Program-made: the position numbers and the translations under genes | Part shown: positions 31,640 to 41,329 of the stretch, piece by piece | Numbering within the stretch: position 1 is the stretch's first letter | How the letters are laid out: every line of letters begins with the position of its first letter | The notes under the pieces: model-generated | Seen by the model: only the letters and a program-made list of their open reading frames with translations | The model's database searches: none | What the model was told of the DNA's origin: nothing | IMG/VR virus record: IMGVR_UViG_3300020608_000013 | Span: 1-64,000 of that record | Length of the DNA: 64,000 nt | Strand: one strand, 5' to 3'

Positions 31640-32007
31640 AACGTTACTCCATAACTAATCATGGCGAAAATGATCCCGACGCTGGCTACGGTTAACGCTA
31701 TTTTCAAACTAAGGTAATTTAATAACGCATAGCGAAACCCATCTCTGTTAATTTGGTCGTAGGATAACGAACGTGTTAAAGATGACTGAATTGCTTGCTC
31801 GTCTGCTTCAGGGTAATCGTAAATGTATAGAGTAATGACTTTAAGAATCCCGACAGATAATAGTATTAAACCAACATTTAGTAACAATCTAAAAACAGCT
31901 TCATAAATGGGGTATAGCTCATGGATTAACGCATAACCCGCACAGCCCGCAAGTCCTAAACCCGTAAGGAAAAAGACAATGGTAAGAAAATTTGAATATT
32001 GCATCAT
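31636..32007 (-). CDS. membrane protein, 3 predicted TM segments
   Basis: Three hydrophobic stretches in 123 aa. The stop overlaps the tmk start. Confidence 0.65.
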   Translation of the reverse strand: MMQYSNFLTIVFFLTGLGLAGCAGYALIHELYPIYEAVFRLLLNVGLILLSVGILKVITLYIYDYPEADEQAIQSSLTRSLSYDQINRDGFRYALLNYLSLKIALTVASVGIIFAMISYGVTL

Positions 32008-32024
32008 AAACCTCTTGAAATAAT

Positions 32025-33107
32025 TTAATCGTTAAAAAAGAAATTCACATCATCACAGCCCGTAGAATCACACCCGAATAAAATCTCAGGCGTAATGTCG
32101 CAAACAACATCTTCTAAATAGTGGCTTGCGACAATAGGTATTGGTGTGGCTGTGTGCGGGTAGTTCTCAACACTTGTTTCGTGTACGAGAACTTTAAAGA
32201 TACGCCCCTCGAACGCATGTTTGTTGGTAAAAACTAACGTTACTTCACCACCGTCTACCAAACCAAACGTGCTTACAAAATCACCATCTGTTGTCGTCAT
32301 GTTGTAAATAGACCACATGTATGTCGATTTCTTATAAACTCCTTCTAACTTGAAAGTCATGGTGTAGACACCATTTTTTACAAATGCCTCTTTAGGATGT
32401 AAATAGAAGTACTTATCCGACACTTGCGGGTAAACTTTATAACGATCATAAAAGAAAGCGTTACTATTAACTATTCCGCCATCAGCTACTACTTCATCAA
32501 ACAACGGTAAAGGCGTAAAAGTTTTAGATTTCAAAGCGTCGTCAATATATCTAAGCAATGCGTCATATGTATGTAAGTGACCTAACTCTATTGCCTTGAC
32601 CACACGTTCAAGAGCTGAAATAATCGGTCCAAAGCCGTATAGGTCGCTAAGCATGTGTTCGTGTAGAGTAGGCGGGTAGCTAGCAGGTTTATCAATAACG
32701 TGTATAAAGGGTACTAAGCGATCGTCGTTCATGATAGCTTCGTAGAGCGTTTTCAAATTACCTGAATCGTTTACATAATTCCCCCCGACGGTCTGATACC
32801 TTAACCGTACAGCCGTTGCATCACAAACCTCATTGTCAACGACTAACATTGCATAGGCTTCATGCCCTGTCTTACCCGACACATATTCAGCATAGGCGAT
32901 GAAGCGGTAGTCCTTCCCTTCCCCTTCTTCTAATAGCGTGTCAGTCACATCATCGTAAATGCGAAAACCCGCTTTATAGAACAATGCGTAAGTAGGCATG
33001 ATAATACTATATTGACTACCCCGATCTAATTTATGATATTCGTCCACTACGAGATTGTCAGGGTTGTTCGCATAGCGGTCATATTCATGTCTAGTTTTCA
33101 TTACCAT
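32025..33107 (-). CDS. baseplate/tail-fibre attachment protein (phiKZ gp130/gp131-family N-domain)
   Basis: YQTVGGNY, DDRLVPFIHVIDKPASYPPTLHEHMLSDLYGFGPIISALERVVKAI. Confidence 0.75.
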   Translation of the reverse strand: MVMKTRHEYDRYANNPDNLVVDEYHKLDRGSQYSIIMPTYALFYKAGFRIYDDVTDTLLEEGEGKDYRFIAYAEYVSGKTGHEAYAMLVVDNEVCDATAVRLRYQTVGGNYVNDSGNLKTLYEAIMNDDRLVPFIHVIDKPASYPPTLHEHMLSDLYGFGPIISALERVVKAIELGHLHTYDALLRYIDDALKSKTFTPLPLFDEVVADGGIVNSNAFFYDRYKVYPQVSDKYFYLHPKEAFVKNGVYTMTFKLEGVYKKSTYMWSIYNMTTTDGDFVSTFGLVDGGEVTLVFTNKHAFEGRIFKVLVHETSVENYPHTATPIPIVASHYLEDVVCDITPEILFGCDSTGCDDVNFFFND

Positions 33108-33457
33108 GTACCCTTCCTATAAGAAACGCTAATTTCATTTTGTTGGTTCTCTTCAATCTTTTGTTCAAGAAAATTGAGAAGCTCTGCAAGACCTTCCACA
33201 TCTGTTATTTCGTGTTGATGTGTAACCGAAGCTTTACCCCGCAAAGCATCTCGTGTAGCGTCAGAAATAGGTTTTTCTAAATCACTTGTATTATCGACCT
33301 CATCAAGTCCGAGGTCAGCTAAATCAATATTATTTAATAAAAAATTAAGCGTATTAACCTTTACTTTGAAATTCAGGCCCTCATAAGCGATGACAAGATA
33401 CTCGTCTCCGCCCAACTCTAATAGTTCGTGTAATTCGGAGATTTTTTTACCACTCAT
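33101..33457 (-). CDS. tail fibre-associated small protein
   Basis: LGLDEVDNTSDLEKPISDATRDAL..KA..THQHEITDVEGL is a tail-fibre/collar-type repeat. Confidence 0.75.
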   Translation of the reverse strand: MSGKKISELHELLELGGDEYLVIAYEGLNFKVKVNTLNFLLNNIDLADLGLDEVDNTSDLEKPISDATRDALRGKASVTHQHEITDVEGLAELLNFLEQKIEENQQNEISVSYRKGTW

Positions 33458-33500
33458 TTGTTAAACTCCAATTATTAATCAAACTATTAAATTACCTTTA

Positions 33501-33725
33501 TTAACGAGTGCGACCTCGGAACAAGTCGGTTAAGAAACCTGCCTTAGAACGTGTATTACCACTAAAAGGTACTAGACGATCACCTTCTTTAGTACTCACA
33601 TATAAATCAAACACTTGTTTGTCCTTGCGAATAACGAAGTAAACAGCTTCTTTTATAATATCCTCTCCTTCAGGTATTTCATCTTCATTTATTTTAGTGA
33701 AGATGAATGGGAACGTATCGCTCAT
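33501..33725 (-). CDS. small tail-associated protein, paralogous to the N-domain of 33834..34487
   Basis: MSDTFPFIFTK...P....AVYFV...LYVSTKEG. GAGGT SD upstream of ATG 33725. The longer track start lies inside a hairpin. Confidence 0.6.
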   Translation of the reverse strand: MSDTFPFIFTKINEDEIPEGEDIIKEAVYFVIRKDKQVFDLYVSTKEGDRLVPFSGNTRSKAGFLTDLFRGRTR

Positions 33726-33754
33726 ATAACACCTCATCTTAAAAAATAGCGAAC

Positions 33755-33794
33755 CAATATAAGTAACCTGCACTATAGCAGGTTACTTATATTG
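33755..33794 (-). terminator. stem-loop terminator
   Basis: CAATATAAGTAACCTGC-actata-GCAGGTTACTTATATTG, a perfect 17-bp stem. Confidence 0.8.
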
Positions 33795-33833
33795 TTTAAA
33801 CTAACTTGCTATTGCGTTAGTAGCTATTCAATA

Positions 33834-34487
33834 CTACCAGCTACCTTTACGGTAAGTAGTATTCAAGGTAACGTTATTCGCTACTAAGAAGTTATCCGCA
33901 TCAAAGGTGATTTTAGCTAATTTAGACATCGCCGCATCAATTTGTGCAGGTGTAGCATTAGGACCATCTGTAATACTATCCCATGTGATAACAGTATCCA
34001 TAGACTCGAACTCAGCGATACGATGATAACCACCTAACGCAGTATCATAAACATAAGTCGCAGCACCAGAATCAACATCAGGGTCAGCAGTCGCGTCCAA
34101 TACTAAAACCATTTGATTAACAGTGTGGTTGTCCGCATCACGAGCTGTAATGTTCTCACGAATGATCGTAGTACTGAAACCTTGAGTACTCATATTGATC
34201 ATTTGCTGAACATCTGAACGGTTGATAAGAGAACGACGGACTGTCGGGTCATCGCCAATAATTGTGATCTCTGCTTCATCTGCAACATCACCTTTAGTGA
34301 TATAAACAGTGTTAATTGTAGGATCAGCAGGCACGTTTTCTTCACGCGTGAAAGTTAGTAAATCTGTAGAAGCCATTAAGGTTTCCTCTGTATTAATATT
34401 AGTTTGATTAAAATCGTTATCGACTGAACAATCGTCGCAGTTTTGACTGAATAGTTGTTCAGGAGTATTAGGTATGTCATAACTCAT
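33834..34487 (-). CDS. tail fibre-associated protein
   Basis: ITARDA, VLVLDATADPDVDSGAATYVY, IAEFESMDTVITWDSI...PAQIDAA is typical of jumbo-phage tail accessory proteins. ATG 34376 (GAGG SD) is an alternative start. Confidence 0.72.
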   Translation of the reverse strand: MSYDIPNTPEQLFSQNCDDCSVDNDFNQTNINTEETLMASTDLLTFTREENVPADPTINTVYITKGDVADEAEITIIGDDPTVRRSLINRSDVQQMINMSTQGFSTTIIRENITARDADNHTVNQMVLVLDATADPDVDSGAATYVYDTALGGYHRIAEFESMDTVITWDSITDGPNATPAQIDAAMSKLAKITFDADNFLVANNVTLNTTYRKGSW

Positions 34488-34500
34488 TATATGTATTTTT

Positions 34501-34965
34501 TTACTCTGTGGTATTAATCAATATATTCTCATCATTTTGTAAGTATATGTCACCCTCTACCTCATGTTTCAGCACGAACTGCGAATTGAGGGCGGGGCAC
34601 CTATCTTTAATCATTTCTGATAACGTTCTTAAGTGAATAAATTCAATCTCTGCTTCTACAGTGTAAGTCAACTCATCAGGTGTATTATGTGATTGGGAGA
34701 CTTGTGGTATAAATTCACCAATATACGTGCGATTACTGGGTTTGAAATAAAGTTTTATAATGATGTTTGGTAAGTACTTACTAGACCAAACCTTAAACAC
34801 ACAACGTCGAGTACTCTCGGGACCAACGAGTGTTTCTGGTAGGCTAGCTATCTCGAAATAAGTAGCGTTGTAAAAGGTATTCATTCTTTCATTAAATACA
34901 CTAACCGTTGCCTCTATTAGGTGTTCACCAGGGTCTACTTTACTCATTAACGACAAAGACCTCAT
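34501..34965 (-). CDS. hypothetical protein in the tail cluster
   Basis: ORF coupled to the upstream tail gene. No motif. Confidence 0.6.
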   Translation of the reverse strand: MRSLSLMSKVDPGEHLIEATVSVFNERMNTFYNATYFEIASLPETLVGPESTRRCVFKVWSSKYLPNIIIKLYFKPSNRTYIGEFIPQVSQSHNTPDELTYTVEAEIEFIHLRTLSEMIKDRCPALNSQFVLKHEVEGDIYLQNDENILINTTE

Positions 34966-36583
34966 TTATTTCGACATCACCAAACCAAAGAAAATCTGTG
35001 TTACCATCAATATCGTAACGCCAGAGTAAATTCCGCACACCTGTTTTTGGCTCATCATAAGTGTAGGGTTGATAACGCCCATAAACTAAATTGAAGTCAT
35101 CTGCATTGAGTTGTGCAGTAACCTCTACCCATTTTGGTAAATCAATGGGGTTTATTAAAAGGGGTTGTGGATAACCATCTAAGCGAAAACTAATAGGCTG
35201 GTTGAACCGAAACCCACTAAACCCATCTGTTTTAGTAGTAAGTAATGCGATACCTCGATCATTGACTGCAATAGACCCACGACTTCCTATACTCGTCGTA
35301 CTATTAGTCTCATGTATAGAGTTTGGGTGGTGTGTATAGAGTAGCTTCGCAAAGGTTTCATCAACTTCACCTTCACTAGTAAATCGTATTAAAGGATTCC
35401 ATGCATGTACGCGAGTACTTGTACTCTCGTCGTACATCTTGCCATTAATTAACGGCGTTGTATCTTTAGCATCATAAGTTTGTTTTGTACTGAATAACAG
35501 GTAAAGACGATCAATATCATCAACACTAATGTCACTAACTCCTGTGACACCATCGTCAGCTATCTTAATCTCGTAACCCTTTTCGACTACACCGTTCTTA
35601 CTAAGACGATTAACGTAGTACCCATCTTCTCGATGTGTGACAACAAAAAGCTTACCCTTTTTATTTGTTCTAAAGAATAGTAACTCGCCCTCTAATTTAG
35701 TTTTATATTTAGAATCGATTAAGCCAGAGTCTTTATACCTTTTTAATGTGTTGTCCTTTATAAAATAACGAAACTGTGAACGTATTAAATTATAATAATT
35801 ACCTTCCAAATGTTCAAATAGGGGAGCTTCCTCACCTCTAATTAAAAATCCAGCGGTATCTACAATAAGGGTTTTAAAATCACGTTCGATCGTCGTACCG
35901 TAGTAAGCTGAATATTCAGTTAATTTAAAATCCCCTATTAAATAGAAAAAATCATTAACCGTTTTAATAACCTTATCTAGACGATATTCTAAAATATCTT
36001 TATCCAGTACGTTACTTAAGAAATTAAAAGATTTATCAATCACGCCCTTTTTATCGAGACGTATAACAGACTCTTTTACAAAGTCGACGTTATCTATATT
36101 TAAGAATAAATAAATGTTCAGTGGGTTTTTAGGGATATGGTAATCCACGCCTGTTTTAACACTGAAGATGCCCTTATAGTGGTAGGAATCTGGTCGTATC
36201 TTAATACTATGTTCTTGTAATGTATAGGGGTCAGGCGAACGAATGAGCGTTTCGTTATACACATCATGTTCGGTTAAAGAAAGACCGAATCTTAGATTTA
36301 ACGCGGGAAGCAAATCTAGCGTAGAACGGTATGCAGCTAATTCAATCCGATAAACCTCTCCGTCCAAATCCGTCCGTTTAAAATAGACAGGAGGCTCTCC
36401 GTGATAGGGGCTGTGTAGCCTTGGTTTGAGGAAGATTTTTGTATCACAGTCTACCTCATCTGCAAATTCAGGTAGCGTGATGTCGAAGTCGTTTGGGTCT
36501 AAATCTAACTTCTTATTGTACTCTGAGATTATTGCAAGAAACTTATCTTTTGCGTTATTTACATATTCGTTATAGGTCATCAT
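34940..36583 (-). CDS. tail/virion protein with N-terminal Ig-like module and C-terminal beta-propeller-like repeats
   Basis: N-terminal YFKRTDL...DLLPALNLRFGLSLTEHDV...IRPDSYHYKG. C-terminal repeats VNRLSKNGVVE, LIRFTSEGEVDETF, ISFRLDG and LWRYDIDGNTD. Confidence 0.62.
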   Translation of the reverse strand: MMTYNEYVNNAKDKFLAIISEYNKKLDLDPNDFDITLPEFADEVDCDTKIFLKPRLHSPYHGEPPVYFKRTDLDGEVYRIELAAYRSTLDLLPALNLRFGLSLTEHDVYNETLIRSPDPYTLQEHSIKIRPDSYHYKGIFSVKTGVDYHIPKNPLNIYLFLNIDNVDFVKESVIRLDKKGVIDKSFNFLSNVLDKDILEYRLDKVIKTVNDFFYLIGDFKLTEYSAYYGTTIERDFKTLIVDTAGFLIRGEEAPLFEHLEGNYYNLIRSQFRYFIKDNTLKRYKDSGLIDSKYKTKLEGELLFFRTNKKGKLFVVTHREDGYYVNRLSKNGVVEKGYEIKIADDGVTGVSDISVDDIDRLYLLFSTKQTYDAKDTTPLINGKMYDESTSTRVHAWNPLIRFTSEGEVDETFAKLLYTHHPNSIHETNSTTSIGSRGSIAVNDRGIALLTTKTDGFSGFRFNQPISFRLDGYPQPLLINPIDLPKWVEVTAQLNADDFNLVYGRYQPYTYDEPKTGVRNLLWRYDIDGNTDFLWFGDVEINEVFVVNE

Positions 36584-37932
36584 TATAGTTGCTCCATTGG
36601 TCTATTACTATACATTATTATAACGGCGTTAACCGTGTGTGTTTTCGCCGTCACACTACGCCCATCTACTTGGTATAGGGCTTCTACATACGCGATCGTA
36701 CCCTTACGTAACACGGTTTTACCTTTGTGTAAAAATACATACTGACAGGGCATACCAGGGTGTATTTCACTAGGCACAGCGTTCTCCCAGAATAGCGTTA
36801 TTCTAGCCCCCCTTGCTGCATTAGTACGCGACGTTTGAGCAAAGAGGTTTGAGGATACACGTCTGTCACCGTATCTCGCATAATTTAACTCATCTTTACC
36901 ATCGTAAGCAACGATTTCAGTATTCGCACGACTACGGGACGCTATGGGTTCATCAGGTGTCATGATAATAGGTTTTAACATCATTGGGTCGGCATGTGTT
37001 TGTTTAAACCCGCCTCCTTCATAATACTGACCTTTTTGTTTATTATCCGTGTAGTTTTTATCAGCAGTGGTGGCGATAAACAACGTGTCTCCTTCTTTAC
37101 GATGTGTTCGTTTAGGGTTGCGGTAGTTTTGACGAGGCACGTAGTAAAAGATCGCTTTAGGTACATTTTGGTCAAAACGGTAAGGTGTGTATATTGGGTA
37201 TATAAACCACGTTAAACGGTTTTTCCAACGTTGAATATAGTTACCTAGCCCTGAGTGATAAACACCTCTAAAGCGCTCTTGTAGAGCCACTGGTAGCGTT
37301 ACCAAGGGCGTGTCACTCGGTATTATTATATGGTGTATCCTTTCTTTATTATCGGGTGGGATGAGGTCTAGACCATCAATAATCTTTTTACCATCGACAA
37401 GTACTTTAGCCGTCTCACCGCCTAGTACAGAACGTATAAGGACCTCCATCGTTATACCTTCAAAAGACCGCCCTACGGTTTTAGCGACAAGGGGTTCAAT
37501 TTCGCGATGGATTAACTGGAATCTTATCGTTTCTATTTTTTGAGTATTGAGTGAAAAATGGTCAATATTAGCATGTTCTTTACCAATACTCATTTGGTTT
37601 TCACCATCTAGTAAAATGGCTTTAAAACGGATATGTGTTGTTTTCTTATTGTCGCCTATATAGTAATCAACATAAAGTGTGAACTCATAAAGTTCTCGTT
37701 CATCTAAGATATAGGCTTGATAATCACCTGCACCTAATAAGACCTCTATAGTCGTACGATCCGCGTATTTCGTCGTATAGTCACGCATTAAATTATAGGT
37801 CGTCACTTTCAATACAGGTACGTCGTTAGACTTAGTATGGATAACACCCCTCAACCCAAGATTGGGGGTGACGATACCTTCCGTCATAATACGCAAAGCA
37901 TCTTTGTGTATAGGGTTATCGACATATCGCAT
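36583..37932 (-). CDS. baseplate hub-like protein (phiKZ gp101-like)
   Basis: GLDLIPPDNKE...HIIIPSDTPLVTLPVALQE..RGVYHSGLGNYIQ, WFIYPIY and WENAVPSEIHPGMP. Confidence 0.75.
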   Translation of the reverse strand: MRYVDNPIHKDALRIMTEGIVTPNLGLRGVIHTKSNDVPVLKVTTYNLMRDYTTKYADRTTIEVLLGAGDYQAYILDERELYEFTLYVDYYIGDNKKTTHIRFKAILLDGENQMSIGKEHANIDHFSLNTQKIETIRFQLIHREIEPLVAKTVGRSFEGITMEVLIRSVLGGETAKVLVDGKKIIDGLDLIPPDNKERIHHIIIPSDTPLVTLPVALQERFRGVYHSGLGNYIQRWKNRLTWFIYPIYTPYRFDQNVPKAIFYYVPRQNYRNPKRTHRKEGDTLFIATTADKNYTDNKQKGQYYEGGGFKQTHADPMMLKPIIMTPDEPIASRSRANTEIVAYDGKDELNYARYGDRRVSSNLFAQTSRTNAARGARITLFWENAVPSEIHPGMPCQYVFLHKGKTVLRKGTIAYVEALYQVDGRSVTAKTHTVNAVIIMYSNRPMEQL

Positions 37933-38459
37933 TAACTCCCCCTCGTACGCATTAAATACTCACCTAACTGGTCTTCGTAATTGATATGTTTATTACGATT
38001 TGGGTTGTTTTGTATTTGCCATTGTCGTTTAAAATCAAGGGGGTCTACTAAACTTTCACGCTCCTTTTTAATAGTGTCATAAATACTGTATAAATGTTCG
38101 TGATATTTATTTAGTCTAAAAAGTAAATCAATGGGTACATCAATACTAACATAGGGGTTTTCTAAATAAACAACCACTTGCTCAAAATACGACTTTAGTA
38201 ACTCATACATCTCAATAACAACTGCATCGCTTTTAAAACGAACAACTGACCCGTAATCGATAAGGGTACTGATCTTACTTAACGGGTAGTAGACTTCACG
38301 TAATGCTGTTCGCATTTGTCTGTCTAGCGCTGTATTGCCTGTTATATACTCATCGCCCCCATTGACAATCTCTATGATGTAATTTGGGGCAACGACAGGG
38401 AATAATTTTTTAGTAATAGACTCATGTAGGGGGACTGCATTTCCCCATGTTTTGAACAT
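37932..38459 (-). CDS. conserved hypothetical protein (phiKZ gp100-like)
   Basis: Position between gp99- and gp101-like genes. Motif YITGNTALDRQM. Confidence 0.65.
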   Translation of the reverse strand: MFKTWGNAVPLHESITKKLFPVVAPNYIIEIVNGGDEYITGNTALDRQMRTALREVYYPLSKISTLIDYGSVVRFKSDAVVIEMYELLKSYFEQVVVYLENPYVSIDVPIDLLFRLNKYHEHLYSIYDTIKKERESLVDPLDFKRQWQIQNNPNRNKHINYEDQLGEYLMRTRGS

Positions 38460-38460
38460 A

Positions 38461-39738
38461 TCAATCTCCTTTACGCAAATGGAGTAAAAGTAGTAAAATG
38501 GGTATGAAGTAGTATTGTTGCAATTTTGTTAAATTGAATATTTCTTTTGAAAGTAATGCCAGATTATCGATTAAAAGTGATTTATTTTTTAACCCATCAT
38601 GAATGGTTTTCTCGAAAAGTGTTTTAGCGACACCCTGATAAAACTCATCGTTAAACAAATACGGTTTGAAAGACACTAAAGGGTAATATTCGTTAACTTC
38701 GCTTAATAAATTTTCTCCCTCGTATTGCTCTAGAATAACCGAATCTTCAAGCGTATCTTTATCGAACGTAAGGTAGTGGGTGAGACCTATTAACGAACTA
38801 ACATGGTCGGACAACCAATGGCCTGTGTATACTTTACGTTGAGCTACTTTAGCCGTCTGCATACACGCCTCTAAATGCTCATATTCGCGTTTCTCAAGCA
38901 CGTCCCATAGATTAACATAATTTTCATCATCGTCGTTATGACGCACCGCATAGGCGGCTAGATTTGGACGTATCCCTAACGCGATAACAAAATTGTTCAC
39001 CCACGCATCGTAGTACCACGTCGTCACATCCTTGTCGGTGAGGAAAATTGTTTTGTAAATTTTGTTACGGTTATCGTAAAAGCAATTGTGGTAGAAAACT
39101 TGAAGTTTAGCTTGTAGCTCTTCTAGGGTATTGAGTCGACTATACTCCTCTTTAGTCACTAAGGGTAGTTTATTATACTTTAGCCGATCTTTCACATAAT
39201 GGTAAGTTTTATATACCTTACTTTCTAATGCAGCAAGCGTCTCCTTATCTACATCATCGTAAAGTTGAAAACTTATAACGTACAAAGAGCGTTTATCCGC
39301 AGCTAGTTTTTCTGACCCATATACTTGAAAAACACTCTCTTCAACAGAACCTGTGTTTGCTGTGAACATGTCACCAATAGAAGGCACTACACCACTATGC
39401 ACAAAACCAACACCCTTCAACCCTTTAGTGTTCGATTCTTTATCATTTTCATACTCTACCGCATCTTTTAAATAGATGGGGTAGTTTAATATCTTTTCAA
39501 ACGCTTGGTTTATCGAAGATTGGTGGACATCGTAATGGTCGGTAGGCGCGTTATGTGACTCTCGTTGCCTATAGTAGGCGTTGGTCTCCCAGACCTCACC
39601 ATCTATATAAGGTACTGAGCTTAAATAAAGTTCGTCTTGCGAGTGGGTAAAGAGACGATCTGAATCTGTACTTAAGGGCGCATGTTCAGATTTAGGCTCT
39701 AAACGCTTTCGCGGGTTTAGTGTACTTACTATACTCAT
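38461..39738 (-). CDS. virion structural (neck/connector) protein (phiKZ gp99-like)
   Basis: SSVPYIDGEVWETNAYYRQ, GVVPSIGDMF and LESKVYKTYHY, plus gene order. Confidence 0.72.
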   Translation of the reverse strand: MSIVSTLNPRKRLEPKSEHAPLSTDSDRLFTHSQDELYLSSVPYIDGEVWETNAYYRQRESHNAPTDHYDVHQSSINQAFEKILNYPIYLKDAVEYENDKESNTKGLKGVGFVHSGVVPSIGDMFTANTGSVEESVFQVYGSEKLAADKRSLYVISFQLYDDVDKETLAALESKVYKTYHYVKDRLKYNKLPLVTKEEYSRLNTLEELQAKLQVFYHNCFYDNRNKIYKTIFLTDKDVTTWYYDAWVNNFVIALGIRPNLAAYAVRHNDDDENYVNLWDVLEKREYEHLEACMQTAKVAQRKVYTGHWLSDHVSSLIGLTHYLTFDKDTLEDSVILEQYEGENLLSEVNEYYPLVSFKPYLFNDEFYQGVAKTLFEKTIHDGLKNKSLLIDNLALLSKEIFNLTKLQQYYFIPILLLLLHLRKGD

Positions 39739-41260
39739 TGTTATGTCCTATTGAAATAATGTTAGTCGCCATAACCGTGTACATTTTTAAATCGTCGAGC
39801 GGTAATTTAATTATCAACTCGAATAAAGTTCGTAGAATAGACTCTCTATCCTCTACGCTATACGATTCTATTGTTTTCAAGCGATTAAATTGTGGGTCTT
39901 CAAATAACGTTTGGTTAATATCCTCAAGAATAATTTTAAGCGCGTCTACGTGATTTACGAACCGAAGAAGGTGCTGTCGATCTAGTTTACTAAGGTCTCT
40001 GAGCACACTGAACTTAACACGGTACATACGTCGTAAATCTAAATCCATCGACAGTTTAACATTAAGACAGTTATCGATCTCAATTAAGCGCCCGTCTATG
40101 AGGCGTTCGTTCTCGTAGATAGAGATGTGGAGTAGCGATTGAAACTCTTTTGTGATATACTCACGCTCTACTTCGCTAATGAAATCAATGATGTGTTTAT
40201 TGATGTTCAACACGCCTAGTTCATTCAGATTGAATAGAATGTCGTTCTTATTCGTTATCTCACATAGTGCAATGAAGAGGGGGCGCATATAGGGATACTC
40301 ACCCCGTAATGTAAATTGGTCTGTTTCTGGTAATCTTACACAAGGGAGCGTTTGATTCGGCACGCCCATTTGTGAAAAGTATTTCATCCTAAAACTATCA
40401 GCATCGTAATAGAAAAGATTCTTATTATATTCGCCATCTGTCACCCAATTATAACATTCCTCGGGGAGTAGTTTGTTATACACCATAATAGGGTAGTCAG
40501 CCAACATCTCGAACACGCGACTAAATCGTAAAGTTAATGAAAACTTTAAGTCATAAAAACGGTCTGTTTCATTGACCTCAATTTTCTCAGGTCGTTCCTC
40601 ATCGCTAAACGTTAATAGTCCCATCACATCTCGCTGGATTTCGTTAATACCGATTATTGTACCATTCCCGCTAAGATTTTTGTATAAACTATAACGTCCA
40701 GTAAGGTGTTTATTAAGATACTCGATAAAGTGACCTTGATTAACCAATCTTGATTTATTTTTATAAACATAAAATAGTAAATTTAACAGCCCTACAGGGA
40801 TTTGGTAATAGTAGTTTAACTTTAACATTAGTGTACCCATATCTCTACCCGTGCGGGCTAATAATAGGTCACTAATTTGATTAACTTTATCCCTACTCGT
40901 TGTTTTATAATTAATTTCAAATTCTAACGTAGTGTCGATGTACGATAATCGAGCGTGGACTAGCACATCACTATCTTTAAAGACGTACGGGTAAACATTA
41001 TGGAGGGCTTCAGTGTGGTTAAATGTCTCGACATGGCTTTTATCCACTACATCTACCATCATTATATCGTCGCTAATGTTAAGCTCTTCGTCCTTACTCG
41101 TTACTCGTTTAGCTCTAGTCGCTTGGTTGTGGTGATATTGACGAATAGTTTTAACGCCCGCGATATTCAACAGCTCTTTCAATTGTGTTAAAGTATCGTT
41201 AACTACGGGGTTTATTACAGTACGCTCTGTTTCCTTGACTTGTTCTATTATATTAACCAT
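39692..41260 (-). CDS. virion structural protein (phiKZ gp98-like)
   Basis: YPYVFKDSDVLV...YIDT, YYYQIP, YPIMVYNKLL and VRLPETDQF. GGAGA SD before ATG 41260. Confidence 0.72.
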   Translation of the reverse strand: MVNIIEQVKETERTVINPVVNDTLTQLKELLNIAGVKTIRQYHHNQATRAKRVTSKDEELNISDDIMMVDVVDKSHVETFNHTEALHNVYPYVFKDSDVLVHARLSYIDTTLEFEINYKTTSRDKVNQISDLLLARTGRDMGTLMLKLNYYYQIPVGLLNLLFYVYKNKSRLVNQGHFIEYLNKHLTGRYSLYKNLSGNGTIIGINEIQRDVMGLLTFSDEERPEKIEVNETDRFYDLKFSLTLRFSRVFEMLADYPIMVYNKLLPEECYNWVTDGEYNKNLFYYDADSFRMKYFSQMGVPNQTLPCVRLPETDQFTLRGEYPYMRPLFIALCEITNKNDILFNLNELGVLNINKHIIDFISEVEREYITKEFQSLLHISIYENERLIDGRLIEIDNCLNVKLSMDLDLRRMYRVKFSVLRDLSKLDRQHLLRFVNHVDALKIILEDINQTLFEDPQFNRLKTIESYSVEDRESILRTLFELIIKLPLDDLKMYTVMATNIISIGHNNEYSKYTKPAKAFRA

Positions 41261-41329
41261 AGACAATCTCCTAAATAACAAAATATAAACATGCCGAAGA
41301 GAACACCCCGACATGTTTAAACGTTACAT

